From NCBI RefSeq assembly GCF_001194135.2, contig NC_069001.1:16021939-16085938 (forward strand): a stretch of 64,000 bases of DNA. Reading direction: 5' to 3'. The number at the start of each line of letters is the position of its first letter. The first letter of the stretch is position 1. The notes beneath the pieces were generated by a model that saw only the letters and a list, made by a program, of their open reading frames with translations, had not been told where the DNA came from and did not search any database. Positions 36,287-48,189 of the stretch are shown in pieces. The position numbers were made by a program, and so were the translations under genes. This stretch comes from Octopus bimaculoides (Eukaryota).

Positions 36287-38799
36287 GCCAGACATATTCT
36301 TGCAGAATATTGGAAATTAATGACCTTGTTTGTTTGACAGTTGCATTAATTTACAACTATCATGTGATGTCAAAACAATGAGATAATCACACACGCATAC
36401 ATGTACATAACCATTCCTCTTCATTTAAGTTTAGAAGAAAATGTAATTTTATGGATCTTAGTAAATTCATTTGGGAACTGCAATATAAAGTGGTTCATTA
36501 TCAGTTACACTTTATCATACAATACTGGTAATTCTGAATGTTATCTTTGCTTAGAGGAAATGTTTTATATAATTAGTTCAAAATTAGAATTATTGAATTG
36601 TAGAAACAATCTTGCATTAAAATATTCTCATAAAAATAGAAAAACATTTAAATATTTCAACAGTAAATAACACCTTAATTATAATTGCATTTCCTATAAT
36701 CTAATAAGCATAATTCTTCTAAGTTTTTTTAACATATAGGTAGATAATTAAGTATTGTCGAATTTCTACGTTTATTCTTTTGTTTTCTACTGACGTCATC
36801 ATAAATTTAAATATTAAACTAGCTTTTTTAAGAATATATTTCTTCTTAACATTCTTTTTGTATGTGTTCACATATTAAAAATATTATTTCACTTTGAATT
36901 TAGCCCGTCTGAGTTACCTTGAAACATAAATTTTCAGATATATTGATTTGGCTGGTATTTTGTACCTTTATCCTATATCAAAATATGCTGGCATAGTAGA
37001 AACGATCATCAGCAATGCATGATGTAATCATCAATTAAAGATGTGATTTTCTTCTTTCTCGTTCATGTTGTCAATTACTCCAGGTTTCTTAAAATTCTTC
37101 TAAGTGATATTTGGATCTACTTGTCATACATGAGGAATTATCATGGACATTAATTCTATTTAAATTTATTGGTATCTGATTGTTTGATATAGTTAAACAC
37201 TAGTGCTTTCTAGATATCTGTCTGGATTTATCCATCTCTTTTACCTCTTATTACATGTGTATATATGTATACACAAACACACATGCACACACATGATTAG
37301 CTTCTTTCAGTTTCCGTCAACCAAATCCATTCACAAGGCTTTGGTCATCCTAGGGCTATAACAGAAGACACTTGCCCAAGGTGATATTACAGTTGAACTG
37401 AACCCAGAACCATACAGTTACGGAGTAGACAGCTTACCACACAGCCATACCTGCACCAAAGCCACAACTGACTTCCAAACACTTCTTGTTTCTATTCAGA
37501 GTTATTGGATAAACTGGGATTACAGAAGATGACACCACTTGTCTAAGGATTGATCCTAAAGTCTCAGAGTTGCAAAGCTAACTTCTTATCCAGGGGGTCT
37601 GTGTAAAAAAAAGTAAGATTTAAGAAAACAAAATTATTTGATAAGTGAGAGATAGGTCTAAATTTTTCCCTAATTTCATGTAAGTGAGTGTGTATAGCAA
37701 GTAATTTCCAACAATTCTATAGAATGTTTGGAAGAATTCCAGTTCAAAAAAGGCCAGAATAAGAGTCGATTTTATGACTCAGTGATTTGTTAATTTCATT
37801 AGATATGAGTTTCAGGATTTTGGGATGGAATGCATTTTGATTTTTTTTTATGTACGGGTATTTTAAGAACGTTTTTTTTGGGTAATTGCAGCACAGTAGG
37901 GTATGTTGGATATATCTTTAAAACTTCCACTGCAGATAAGAGTACAAGGTTTATGTTGTTGCTCAGTCTTTAAACGGTTTATCTATTTTTGGTGCATTTA
38001 GCAAAGGAAGCTGTTAAAAACATCGGCTAGTTGATCTTAAAGAAAAAATAAACAAATAAAGTGTATGTATGTGTGTGTGTGCATGCATATGTATCTATAT
38101 CTTTGTATGTGTATAAATATGTATATGTGTTTCTATACCAGCATATATATATGTGTGTGTGTGTGTGTATAGACACACAGACACACATATATGTATGTAT
38201 TTCTTTATATTTTTAATGTCGGTTTATGTTGGCAATGTAATTTATTAGTTTCCTCTGCCTAACAGGTGCAGGGTTAGAATGGCATGGAAGTCTTCAGTGC
38301 TACAAGTAACTAACTAATACATTGAATCATTCCTATCCCTGTTGGAATAATTTCACTTCTTTTCTGAACTCAGTGACATAGCTTTTATATGTGTTTGTTT
38401 GACCAGTTAGAAATAAGTCAAATTCATCTCAAATCTTATGTTACTGTCTTGGAATGTATTCATGAACCAATGTGGGAGCCCTCTATATGGTCACTTGATT
38501 TGCTAGAAATAGCTGCCAAATTCTTTTCAAATTAACATCTTACTGTCTTGAAAAGGATGGGGTACATTGGATAATGTAGCCTCCTAGATTCACTATGTTG
38601 AAAAGGTCATGGATGGATGACCTTTTCACCATGTTGAAAAGGTCATAGGTCTGTTCACTCTTAAGTAGTGTATTGAGTTATTAATATTTCATCTTCTTAG
38701 AGCAATGAACTGGCAGAATCATTGGTATGCCAGGCAAAATGCTTAATGGCATTTTATACATCTTTACACTCTCAATTCAAATTCTGCTGAGGTCAACTT

Positions 38800-39101
38800 A
38801 TTACTATTATTATTATTCAGTAGTTTTATTTTTATACCGTGCTTTCACTTCACTACCGAGCACAGCTCTGTGTGCCTTGGGTGTGTGCTGTGGTTTGCTG
38901 TGATGCTCTTATGGTTACTGTATTGAAAATGTTTTGCATAGGATGTGTGCAATGCCCAGTAGTGCAATTTTCTGTATGTTATATATATTTGTAAGTCCTG
39001 GTGTTTTTGTTATGTATTTGTCTGAATATTTTTTTATTATACCTAAGGCACCTACTATGATAGGAATTGTTTCTATTATTATTATTATTATTATTATTGG
39101 T
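38800..39101 (-). mobile_element. 5'-truncated R4/Dong-type LINE inside a SINE, with 19-bp TSD
   Basis: RLE C-terminus PIIVGALG...QKIALLGIAHIL; (TAA)n at both ends; TSD attctgctgaggtc(a/g)actt at 38781-38799 and 39102-39120. Confidence 0.75.
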
Positions 39102-39489
39102 ATTCTGCTGAGGTCGACTTTGCCTTTCATCTTTTTGGGGTCAATAAATTAAGTACCAGTGAAACACTGGGGTCGATGTAATTGACTAGTCCCCTTCCCC
39201 CATATTACAGGCCTTGTGCCCTCAGTAGACAGGATTATTATTATTGTTGTTGCTATTTAAGGCAGTAAGCTAGCAGAACTGTTTGCATGCCAGGCAAAAT
39301 GCTTAGTGTCAGTTCATCTGTCTTTACATTCTGAGTTCAAATTCTGCCAAGGTAATCTTTGCCTTTCATCCTTTGTGGGGTCGATAAATTATCTACCTAT
39401 TAATTACTGGGTTTGATGTAACTGACTTACCCCACCCCCAGAATTGCAGGCCCTGTGCTAAAATTTGAAACTAATTCATCTTCTTGATG

Positions 39490-39640
39490 ACTGGTGGCAT
39501 AAGATGATAGTCACCCTGCCCAAGAAAGACTCCTTAAGTGATTGCAACAACTGGTGTGGAATAATCTTATTAACGGTTCCAGACAAGATGTTGTGCAAGA
39601 TCATCTTGAACCGTTTGAATAACATGGTAGACAAACACCC
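39490..39640 (+). mobile_element. RTE LINE RT N-terminal fragment
   Basis: LPKKDSLSDCNNWCGIILLTVPDKMLCKIILNRL. Confidence 0.7.
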
Positions 39641-40199
39641 AGGAGATCATCAAGTGCAGTGGACTGATATATCTTGATATTGTAGACAATTTTATTTTGC
39701 TCAGTGATGCACTTGTGTGTGTGTGTGTGTGTGTATGCATACACACACACAGTTGGTTTATATATATATATATATATATATTTATCTTGGCAGTAATATT
39801 GTCTGAAATGGAAAAGCAGAAATTGGTGTCAAGATTAAACTTGGTAAAGAGATGGCAATTTTCCAATGATTGAGACCAACATGGCCATGCTCTTCTATTC
39901 ACCAAAGGATTGAACTTCATCTTTATGCATCTATTGTCATTGCTATGGCATTGTATGCAAGTGAAATGTGGAGGAAGGATATGCAGTATGGTGACAACCC
40001 AAGATGATACTGCTTTTCATCCTCTCCAAAATGGAGATATCGGTCATATAGTAATTCCATTTGATATTCATAATAGAGTAGAGCTTTGTTGGTGAAATCA
40101 CTCCAGTTTTTTTATGTCACTTCAGTAAAGAGTCCAGGTTTCACAACCGTAGAGGAAAGTGGAGATCACGACTACTTGGTAGACAATTTTGTTTTGTGG

Positions 40200-40570
40200 T
40201 TCAGATCTTTGTTCTTAAAGACCCTTTACGCAAGTCCACCAAACGCGGTGTGAGCCGCTCTTAATCGGTTCTCCGCGTCCTTTACTGATGTGCACTTATT
40301 CGAAAGCAAATTTCCTAAGTATGAAAAGTGGTTGACCTTCTCCAATGGCATCTCCGAGATGGTAATGTTGAGGTCTGAAGTTTCCTGACTTAGAATGAGT
40401 TGTGCCAGGATTTTTGTCTTTTTGATGTTGACTTTTAGGCCAAACCGAGTGTAAGCATTGGTAAAGTTATTCACTGATTGTTGAAGTTGTTCACTGGAGT
40501 GGCAGACCACTGCATTGTCATCAGTATACTGATGTCTAGTGATCGTTTGCTTCCTGGTCAGTCTTCATGA
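40200..40570 (-). mobile_element. RTE (BovB-like) LINE RT fragment
   Basis: YTDD active-site motif, FGLKVNIKKTK, FSYLG. Confidence 0.75.
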
Positions 40571-41099
40571 CTTTAATCTGCCAAGGTTGAAACATCCCCC
40601 ACCATCATATCAGTACCAAATGTTGACTCCAAACTTAGTTAAGACCCCAAACTTAGTTTGGAGCTAGATCTTCAAACTCAACAAAGAAGAGGGCAATGCC
40701 AGATGGACTGGCTAGAAAGTGCAACTCTAATGACATAGGAGCTAGTGGCATTCCATTGCAACCTATCTTCTGGACCTTGTATATCACTCTAGGTAGTGCT
40801 ACGGCAGAAGGTTTTTGGGCCATAGTGCATGGGGACCCCTTGGCAAGGGGATCTTCACCCTAAACAAACTCATGCCATCAGCTAGTTTCTTTTTTGATCC
40901 AGCCTCCCCCCAACTTTTTTTTTTACAAAAGCCTAATATCGATGTGGTAAGGATGGTGAAAGCAGATTTTGGTGAAACTAGAAGCTCCTAGTCTGGACCT
41001 GCATGTTGGTGGCAGATGTAAGATGGTTGCCTTCCTGGGACCTGGTGACAACCCAAGGACTCAGTCCTACATCTGCAACTAAGTTTGGGCTCCAAACTA

Positions 41100-41800
41100 A
41101 GACACAAACGGTGGATCAAGTAGAGGATTTTCCATTAGATGTGCCCTAAACTGATTCCACACGAGCAAACTCTTTTCCTTTTGTAGTCCACCAGATTGTA
41201 AATTACAAACTTCCTTTATCAATTTTCTGCATCCACCTTCATCTATCCATCCTTGTTGATGAACATGGATGACAATTCCTTTTGGAAATTTCTCCTTTGG
41301 CACAGTTTTCTCTTAAAAACAATCATTTGTTTTAATTTAATACCCTCATTCCTACATGAAAGAACTAAAGTAACCTTACTTTTCTCATGGCCAGTGGTTC
41401 TCATGAATACTATTTTTTCTTCTTTTTGATTCAGTTCAATTCTTTGGCATGTCAAGAGTACCAGGTGTTTCGTCCATGTTCCTAATACATGATAATGCAT
41501 ACTCCTCTTCCTGCTGATTTCTGATTACTCACAGATGAAACTCTATTATCTTATCTAAGATCAGCAGGCAGTTTTTGTGTGATCTTAGTTCTCTGCTGAA
41601 GTGATAAGTCATAACATCTCATGAACCTAGTGCACCATTCAGAACTTGTCTTAAAATCTGAAATTCTATCCTTCTTTGATCCCTTTCGTGCATGAATTTG
41701 GATGGCTTCATGAGTAACACACTTTCCATTTTGACGATTTTCAAGTACCCACTCTGCAACGTTTTTCTCCAATTGTGGATGGGTGCTGCATCACTATTAC
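41100..41800 (-). mobile_element. pogo/Tigger-type transposase fragments (CENP-B HTH and DDE_1)
   Basis: ORF pieces EWVLENRQNG...SEWCTRFMR, TTGHEK...MIVFKRK, GWIDE...SLLVWNQFRAH. Confidence 0.8.
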
Positions 41801-42127
41801 TAAAATGTAAGCACAGGATATGCTACAAGCCTGCATACACTTGCTGTTTACATGGTGAGAAATGTGTTTCACAGACAGCACTGTTGGCGAACACTGGCAA
41901 ACAGTCTGAATTCGTACAAAGGCATGACTTTGGTAAGCCTAAAAGCATTCAATTAATCATTGAATCACACAACCATTATATTTTCCTGTTTTGTATATAT
42001 ATCTATCATCATGATTTAACATCTGTTGTCCATGTTAGCATGGGTTGGATGGTTTGACCAGGGCTGGTAAGCTGGAAGGCTACACCAATCTGATTTGCCA
42101 TGGTTTCTACAGCTGAATGCCTTTCCT

Positions 42128-42169
<42 letters not shown>

Positions 42170-42999
42170 TCTCTCTACATTTGTGTTTGTTCCCCAACAC
42201 CACTTGACAACTGATGTTCATTTGTTTAAGCCTTTGTAAGTTAATAGTTTGGCAAAAGAAACTGATAGAATAAGCACCAGGCTTTAAAAATGTGTACTGG
42301 GGTTGATTTATTCAGCTAAAACCCTGCAAGACAGAGCCCCACTGTGACCACAAGAAAGAGATAAATGACATGTATATCATCATCATTTAATGTCTGTTGT
42401 CCATACTGAGGGGCTGCGCACACACACACACATTTGGTGATGCAAAAAGGCAAAATAGAGCTCATTCCAGGTGTAACTGTGTAGTAAGAAACTTGCTTCC
42501 CAACTACATGGTTCTAGGTTCAATCCCACTGTGTGATACTTTGGGCAAGTGTATTCTATCACAACCTTGGGCCAACCAATAAGTACTGGAGTCGATTCAT
42601 TTGACTAAAAATTCCTCAAGGCTGTACTCCAACATGGTTGCAGTTTAATGACTGAAACAAGTAAAAGATGAAAGTTATATATATATATATATATAAATTT
42701 CAAAAAAAGGATAAAACTCTTTTACAAGAATTTTATCAAGAAGCCAGTGTGTAAAAAAATTCATTAGGGAAATATCTNNNNNNNNNNNNNNNNNNNNNNN
42801 NNNNNNNNNNNNNNNNNNNNNNNNNNNNNNNNNNNNNNNNNNNNNNNNNNNNNNNNNNNNNNNNNNNNNNNNNNNNNNNNNNNNNNNNNNNNNNNNNNNN
42901 NNNNNNNNNNNNNNNNNNNNNNNNNNNNNNNNNNNNNNNNNNNNNNNNNNNNNNNNNNNNNNNNNNNNNNNNNNNNNNNNNNNTATATATATATGTATA

Positions 43000-43213
43000 C
43001 AGTAATCCCTCGCCATATCGTGGTTTATTATTTAAGCTTACATTGATTTCTCTGTGGTGTTGTTTTGTATTTATAATAAAATAAATATATACAAATTATA
43101 AAAATGATAAAAAATTATATACAGTACAGTACTGTACTGTTTCTACTTCATGGATTTTCACCTATCATGGAAGGTGGGGGTTGGAACGTAACACCTGCAA
43201 TAGTCGAGAGATC

Positions 43214-43214
<1 letters not shown>
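43000..43214. mobile_element. Tigger/pogo-type MITE
   Basis: TA-cagtaatccctcg start with a degenerate inverse (tagtcgagagatca) about 200 bp later. Confidence 0.5.
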
Positions 43215-43266
<52 letters not shown>

Positions 43267-43609
43267 AGTTTCTCTTCTATAAAAATGTCGCTGTTTAACC
43301 CCAGGTCAGCACTGGTTGAACAAGTGTAAGATCAAAGTTTTCCAGCCATGACTATCCTGTCATTTTGCTTTTGATGAATTATCCAGCTGCTTGAATAAGT
43401 AAGAGTAAGGTATCCTTCCTTTTTTAAGATGATAGGCTGTAATTTCAATGATAGTTTGCTCTCACTATACATTGGACAATGTAGTCCCAGTAGAGAACAG
43501 CCAGCCATCACTTGAGTGAGAGTATGACTTGGGAGCAGGTAACATGCTTTTGTGAACTGATTTTTATTTATTTATTTATTTGGTGCCTATATAGTTTTGA
43601 GAAGACATA

Positions 43610-44472
43610 TGAGGGGGTACCCAAAAGAAACTGGAATTTTGCAATATTATTTTATTGACTTACTTTTACATGTTTATACTTTTATCACCTTCAAAGTATT
43701 CTTTATTTGAAGCAATGCATCAATCCAAGCGTATTTTCCACTATTCGAAGCAGTGCTGGGACTCTTGTGAAGTGATACCTTTTAACTCCTCCATCATTTT
43801 TTTCCTCACCTCTTCCACATCTGCAAATTCCATAGCAGCAGCTTTTGTCACCGGTAATAACTTTTGAAAGAAGGTACAGATCAACCTTCATCTGTTCTTT
43901 CAGTTCATGACATGCATTCAGTTGTAACTGCTTTTGATCTTCTATGAGGAAGCAAGGCACAAATTTTGCTACAACTCTTTTCAATCACAATTCCTCGCTT
44001 AAAATTCGTTGGCAGGAGCCCCAGGACTCGCAGTCATATCAACAAGTTCATCAATTGTTCGATGATGGTCCTCTAAGACCAGTTCATGAATTTTCATAAT
44101 GTTTAAATTCGTTCGAGTGGTGAATGGTTGTCTTGAACAAGGTTGGTCTTCAAGCAACAAGTGACCATTCCTAAAGCATGAAAACCACTCGTAAACTTGT
44201 GTTTTGCTCATGACAGTGACCTTGTCAGCTGTTTGAAGCATGACAACTGTTTCAACCACTGTTTTTCCCAGCAGAAAACAGAATTTCATAGAAGCACATT
44301 ATTTCAGCCAATCAACAAACGGGAGAGAAGCACTGCAGAACAAAGTCACACTATGTGGCGGTATGACTTTATTCATTGCCACTGGTCAGCAGGCTGATGC
44401 CTGAGGAGGGTGGCTTCTAGTGGCAGACTCCTGAACTAAAATGGACTTGTGCCACTTTTGGGTACCCTCTTG
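43610..44472 (-). mobile_element. Internally deleted mariner element
   Basis: TA-flanked TIRs (gagggggtacccaaaa / ttttgggtaccctcttg); transposase runs to ITGDKSCCYG and then jumps to the C-terminal ...EYFEGDK. Confidence 0.85.
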
Positions 44473-46087
44473 TAGACACCTTTGATTTAGTAGAGCATCA
44501 AGGATGTGACAGCTGGAGGGAGAATGAGAGCTAATCCAACTCCTGGCTGGTACACATTTACAGCTGAATAGACTGAAGCAATGTGAAATGACATGTTTAA
44601 GAACACAACACATTGCCCACTCCTGGAATTGAACTTATAATCTTGAAATCAGGAGTCAAACACTCCTATCTACACAGCCACCTGCTTTCATAGATACACT
44701 GACAAAAAAAAAAATGAATAACAGCATAGTTATTATTGTAACACCTTTGATTATATGCCATACAGGTGGATTATAGCTGGCCTGGGATAATCATGTAGAT
44801 GATTAGAAAACAATAGTCTATAATGAAGATAATATCTAACACAAGAAACACCAAATTTGCGACTTGAAAACAACATAGCTGTTAATTGGACACAAACTGT
44901 AACTCAACTGCTTGCCAAGTGACAAACTACTACAATTATCATAGTTATTATAATTACTGTAATTATCAGTATTTAATTTGAGCAGATGGAGTGTCAGGTG
45001 TTCTTTAGTTTAATTGGTTTAAACATATGTCTGGCAAGCAAGAGATGTGTTGTTTTAAATGGATGCTTTTTGATGTCCAATATCATTTACATTAAAACAT
45101 CATCATCATCTTCATCATTTTATATCTGCTTTTCCATGCCGGCATGGGTTGGAAAAATCATTACTGAGTCTGGCTTTATTTGGAGTTACTGCTTTTCTAC
45201 ACCATATCTCTCTTCATCATCATCAACGTCGTCATTTAATGTCTGTTTTCCATGCTGGCATGGGTTGGATGATTTGACAGGGGGTGGCCAGGCAGAAGAC
45301 TTCCAGGCTTCACTTCTCCATTGAAGTTTTGGAATGGTTTATATTGCTGGACACCCTTCCTGTCATCAACATCTTTACAGAGTGCATTGGATGCATTTTA
45401 TCATTGTACCAATAATAGAGAAGCTGTATGGTCCCTGGCAAAACTAAAGAGTTCTCTTTACTGCACGTAATCCCTATTCATGTTATCATTGATTAGTTGA
45501 CTAAGGAAAATCTGTTAGCTGCACTGTCTTCCTTTATTTATACATTTCTTACCTTTACTACTGGGAAGGAAGGGACCCAAAGAGTGATAGAAGAAAGAAA
45601 GATGGAGGGAGAGAGAAATTGGCAGATAGTTAGATGAAAGTTGTTGGTAAGGAAGTTGAATAGGCACATGACTGAGATGATAACAGAAGAATGAAGGAAG
45701 GGAGAATAATTGAGAGAACTATTGAGAAATGCTGTGTGATGGAAGTAAAGGACTTAGGAAGAAAGAGAAGGGAGAGGGGAGGAGATAGAGAGTGATGCAG
45801 CTACATTATTGCTGTTGCTAATGAGTTTGAATAGAAATTGCATGGGCCAGAGAGATGTAAGTAAATTTTAAATATCTGCAACAAATGAGTTTGTGACAGA
45901 ATTTGTTAGTGGCATGATAGGGAAAGGGAAAATGAAAGTAGAGAATCAGAGAGATGAAAAAGAGAAAGGATTGGAGAAGGAGAGTCTGATAGAGAATGGC
46001 TTAGTGTGTGTGTGAGAGAGAGTGAGTGTGTGTAGGTAGTAAGAGATACTCTAATAAGTGAATACTCAAATCAGGTCCTAGAAATGT

Positions 46088-46315
46088 TTAACCCTTTAGC
46101 ATTTAAACCAGCCTTATGCAGCCCAAATATTCTACCCATTTCCGGTTAAAACTGGCCAGATCTGGCCTCTCATACCTACCCTTCAGTATTATTGTAAAAG
46201 TAAATAATCATACCATCAAAATCCCAAAGCTATGAGATAATGCATGATTAATTCAAAACAGTGTGATTGCATAAGCATTGTATTTGCCAGAGTAATCTGA
46301 ATACTAAAGGATTAG
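46088..46315. mobile_element. piggyBac-type MITE (partial copies at 8812, 20888, 31640)
   Basis: TTAA-ccctttagcatt ... aatactaaaggattag termini; repeated in the window. Confidence 0.65.
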
Positions 46316-47070
46316 ACATGACTGTTTACAGTTCAAATGATTCCATTGAGTCTGTTTCTTTGTTTAAAATTGGTGCTTATAATAATGTTTAACACAATTT
46401 TTATTAACACCTTAACAATTAATTCACATAATGAAAATATTCTAAAAAAATTGTAAAATATTGTAGATCTTCTGGGAGTAGATAGGTATTTTTGATTTGA
46501 TCTCAGCATAAGTTACACAAAACTTGAGTCCAAGCAACCCAGTAGGGGTGGTCTTCATTGGCAAAAGCTGTTTAGTAAAGTTGGCAAATTTCAATAAATT
46601 TGTATGCCATGAAAAGTCATGAATATTGATGTTTTGAACAAAGCCCTTTGCCAGATATACAAAACTTTCTCTATCTCTGACAAAAGTTTTTACTTGAGTT
46701 ATTGTGGTTCTTGTCTTTCCATGATATACACATTTTATTGAATTTGCAGACTTTATAAGAAATTAGTGATGTTGTAGTTAATTACAAAATAAAACCAAAA
46801 CAAGCAAACAAAGGTAACAATAAATGCTGGATATTAACTTTATTTAAAGAAAACAGTATGACTCTGTACAAGATTTTTATAGTCCTTGTGTTTTAGAAAC
46901 AGAATGTGCTGCTTTCACATTTAAAACAATATCATTTTAGCCTCAGCAGAGTAGAATGTAAACATGGTGGTGGTGGTGTACTCGTTGTTTAGCTCCCGCT
47001 TCAACCCTGATCAAACAGACCCATGATCAGAGGGATTGTAGTGTTTTTATATATATCTAGGTCTATGTTG

Positions 47071-47105
<35 letters not shown>

Positions 47106-47115
47106 NNNNNNNNNN

Positions 47116-47149
<34 letters not shown>

Positions 47150-48189
47150 AGGATCATGTGTCCTAGATATATAAAATTTGTCTAATGTGTCCTTCCTGTT
47201 TTAAGATGACAGGATGTGAGTGGAAAAAATTTGGTTGCTATTTCAGCAAGTCAAGCAACTGCGGAGAGGCATCCTCATTGGCATGTAAACATTAAACTAG
47301 TAGTCTTAATGACTATGATAATTATCTGATCATTTGGTAGTTTAGAGGACAATTGTTGTGTGTGTATGTTGAGCTGGGTTAGTCAATGAGAAACAATAGC
47401 AGCACTTATGAATTTGAGGTTGAAGTAAATTTAAAATACCCCTTTAAATTGTTCCTATTATCTGTAGCAATAAGTTGATAATGATATTAATAATCGTTTC
47501 TAATATAAGTACAAGGTCTGAAATTTTTGGAGAAGGGCTTAGTTAATTATATTGATCCCAGTTAATTCACTGGTGCTTTATTTTATCAACCCCGAAAGGA
47601 TAAAAGGCAATGCTGTCCTCAGTGGTATCTGAACTCAGAATGAAGAAATGCTGTTAAGGCATTTATTGCAACATGCTAAGGATTTTGCCAGCTCACTGCC
47701 TTAATCATAATCCTTTCTACAATAGAAAACAAGGCCTTAAATTTTGTTGGGGAGGCAGTAGTCAGTTACATCAACCCTAGTACTTGACTGGTACTTTTAT
47801 CTTATTAACTCTGAAAGGATAAGAGGCAAAGTTGACCTTGGCGGAATTTGAACTCAGAACATAAAGCTGGAAGAAATGCTGTTGAGCATTTTGTCTGGTG
47901 TGCTAAGGATTCTGCCAGCTCGCTGCCTTAATAATAATATTAAACGTAAAAATAAATACTGCTTGAGAATTGTAAGACTACTATCATCAATTCTGCCTTG
48001 CTTTAGATTAATGAGATCTAATTAATTAATTAATTAATATCCATGCAATAGCAAATGAGAAATAATTTCTTGTCTCAGCAGATTCATTTACAGGGCTCAA
48101 GACAGAAAAATCAAAACAAAAAAACGAAAAAAATAAATAAAAACAGCAGTATAAAGTACAATGTCATTAAAAAGAAGCATTATTTTTGT

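Noticed and set aside
38262-38312. Exon-like segment (ctaacag ... gtaact) in the intergenic region
   Set aside because: No recognisable peptide and no partner exons
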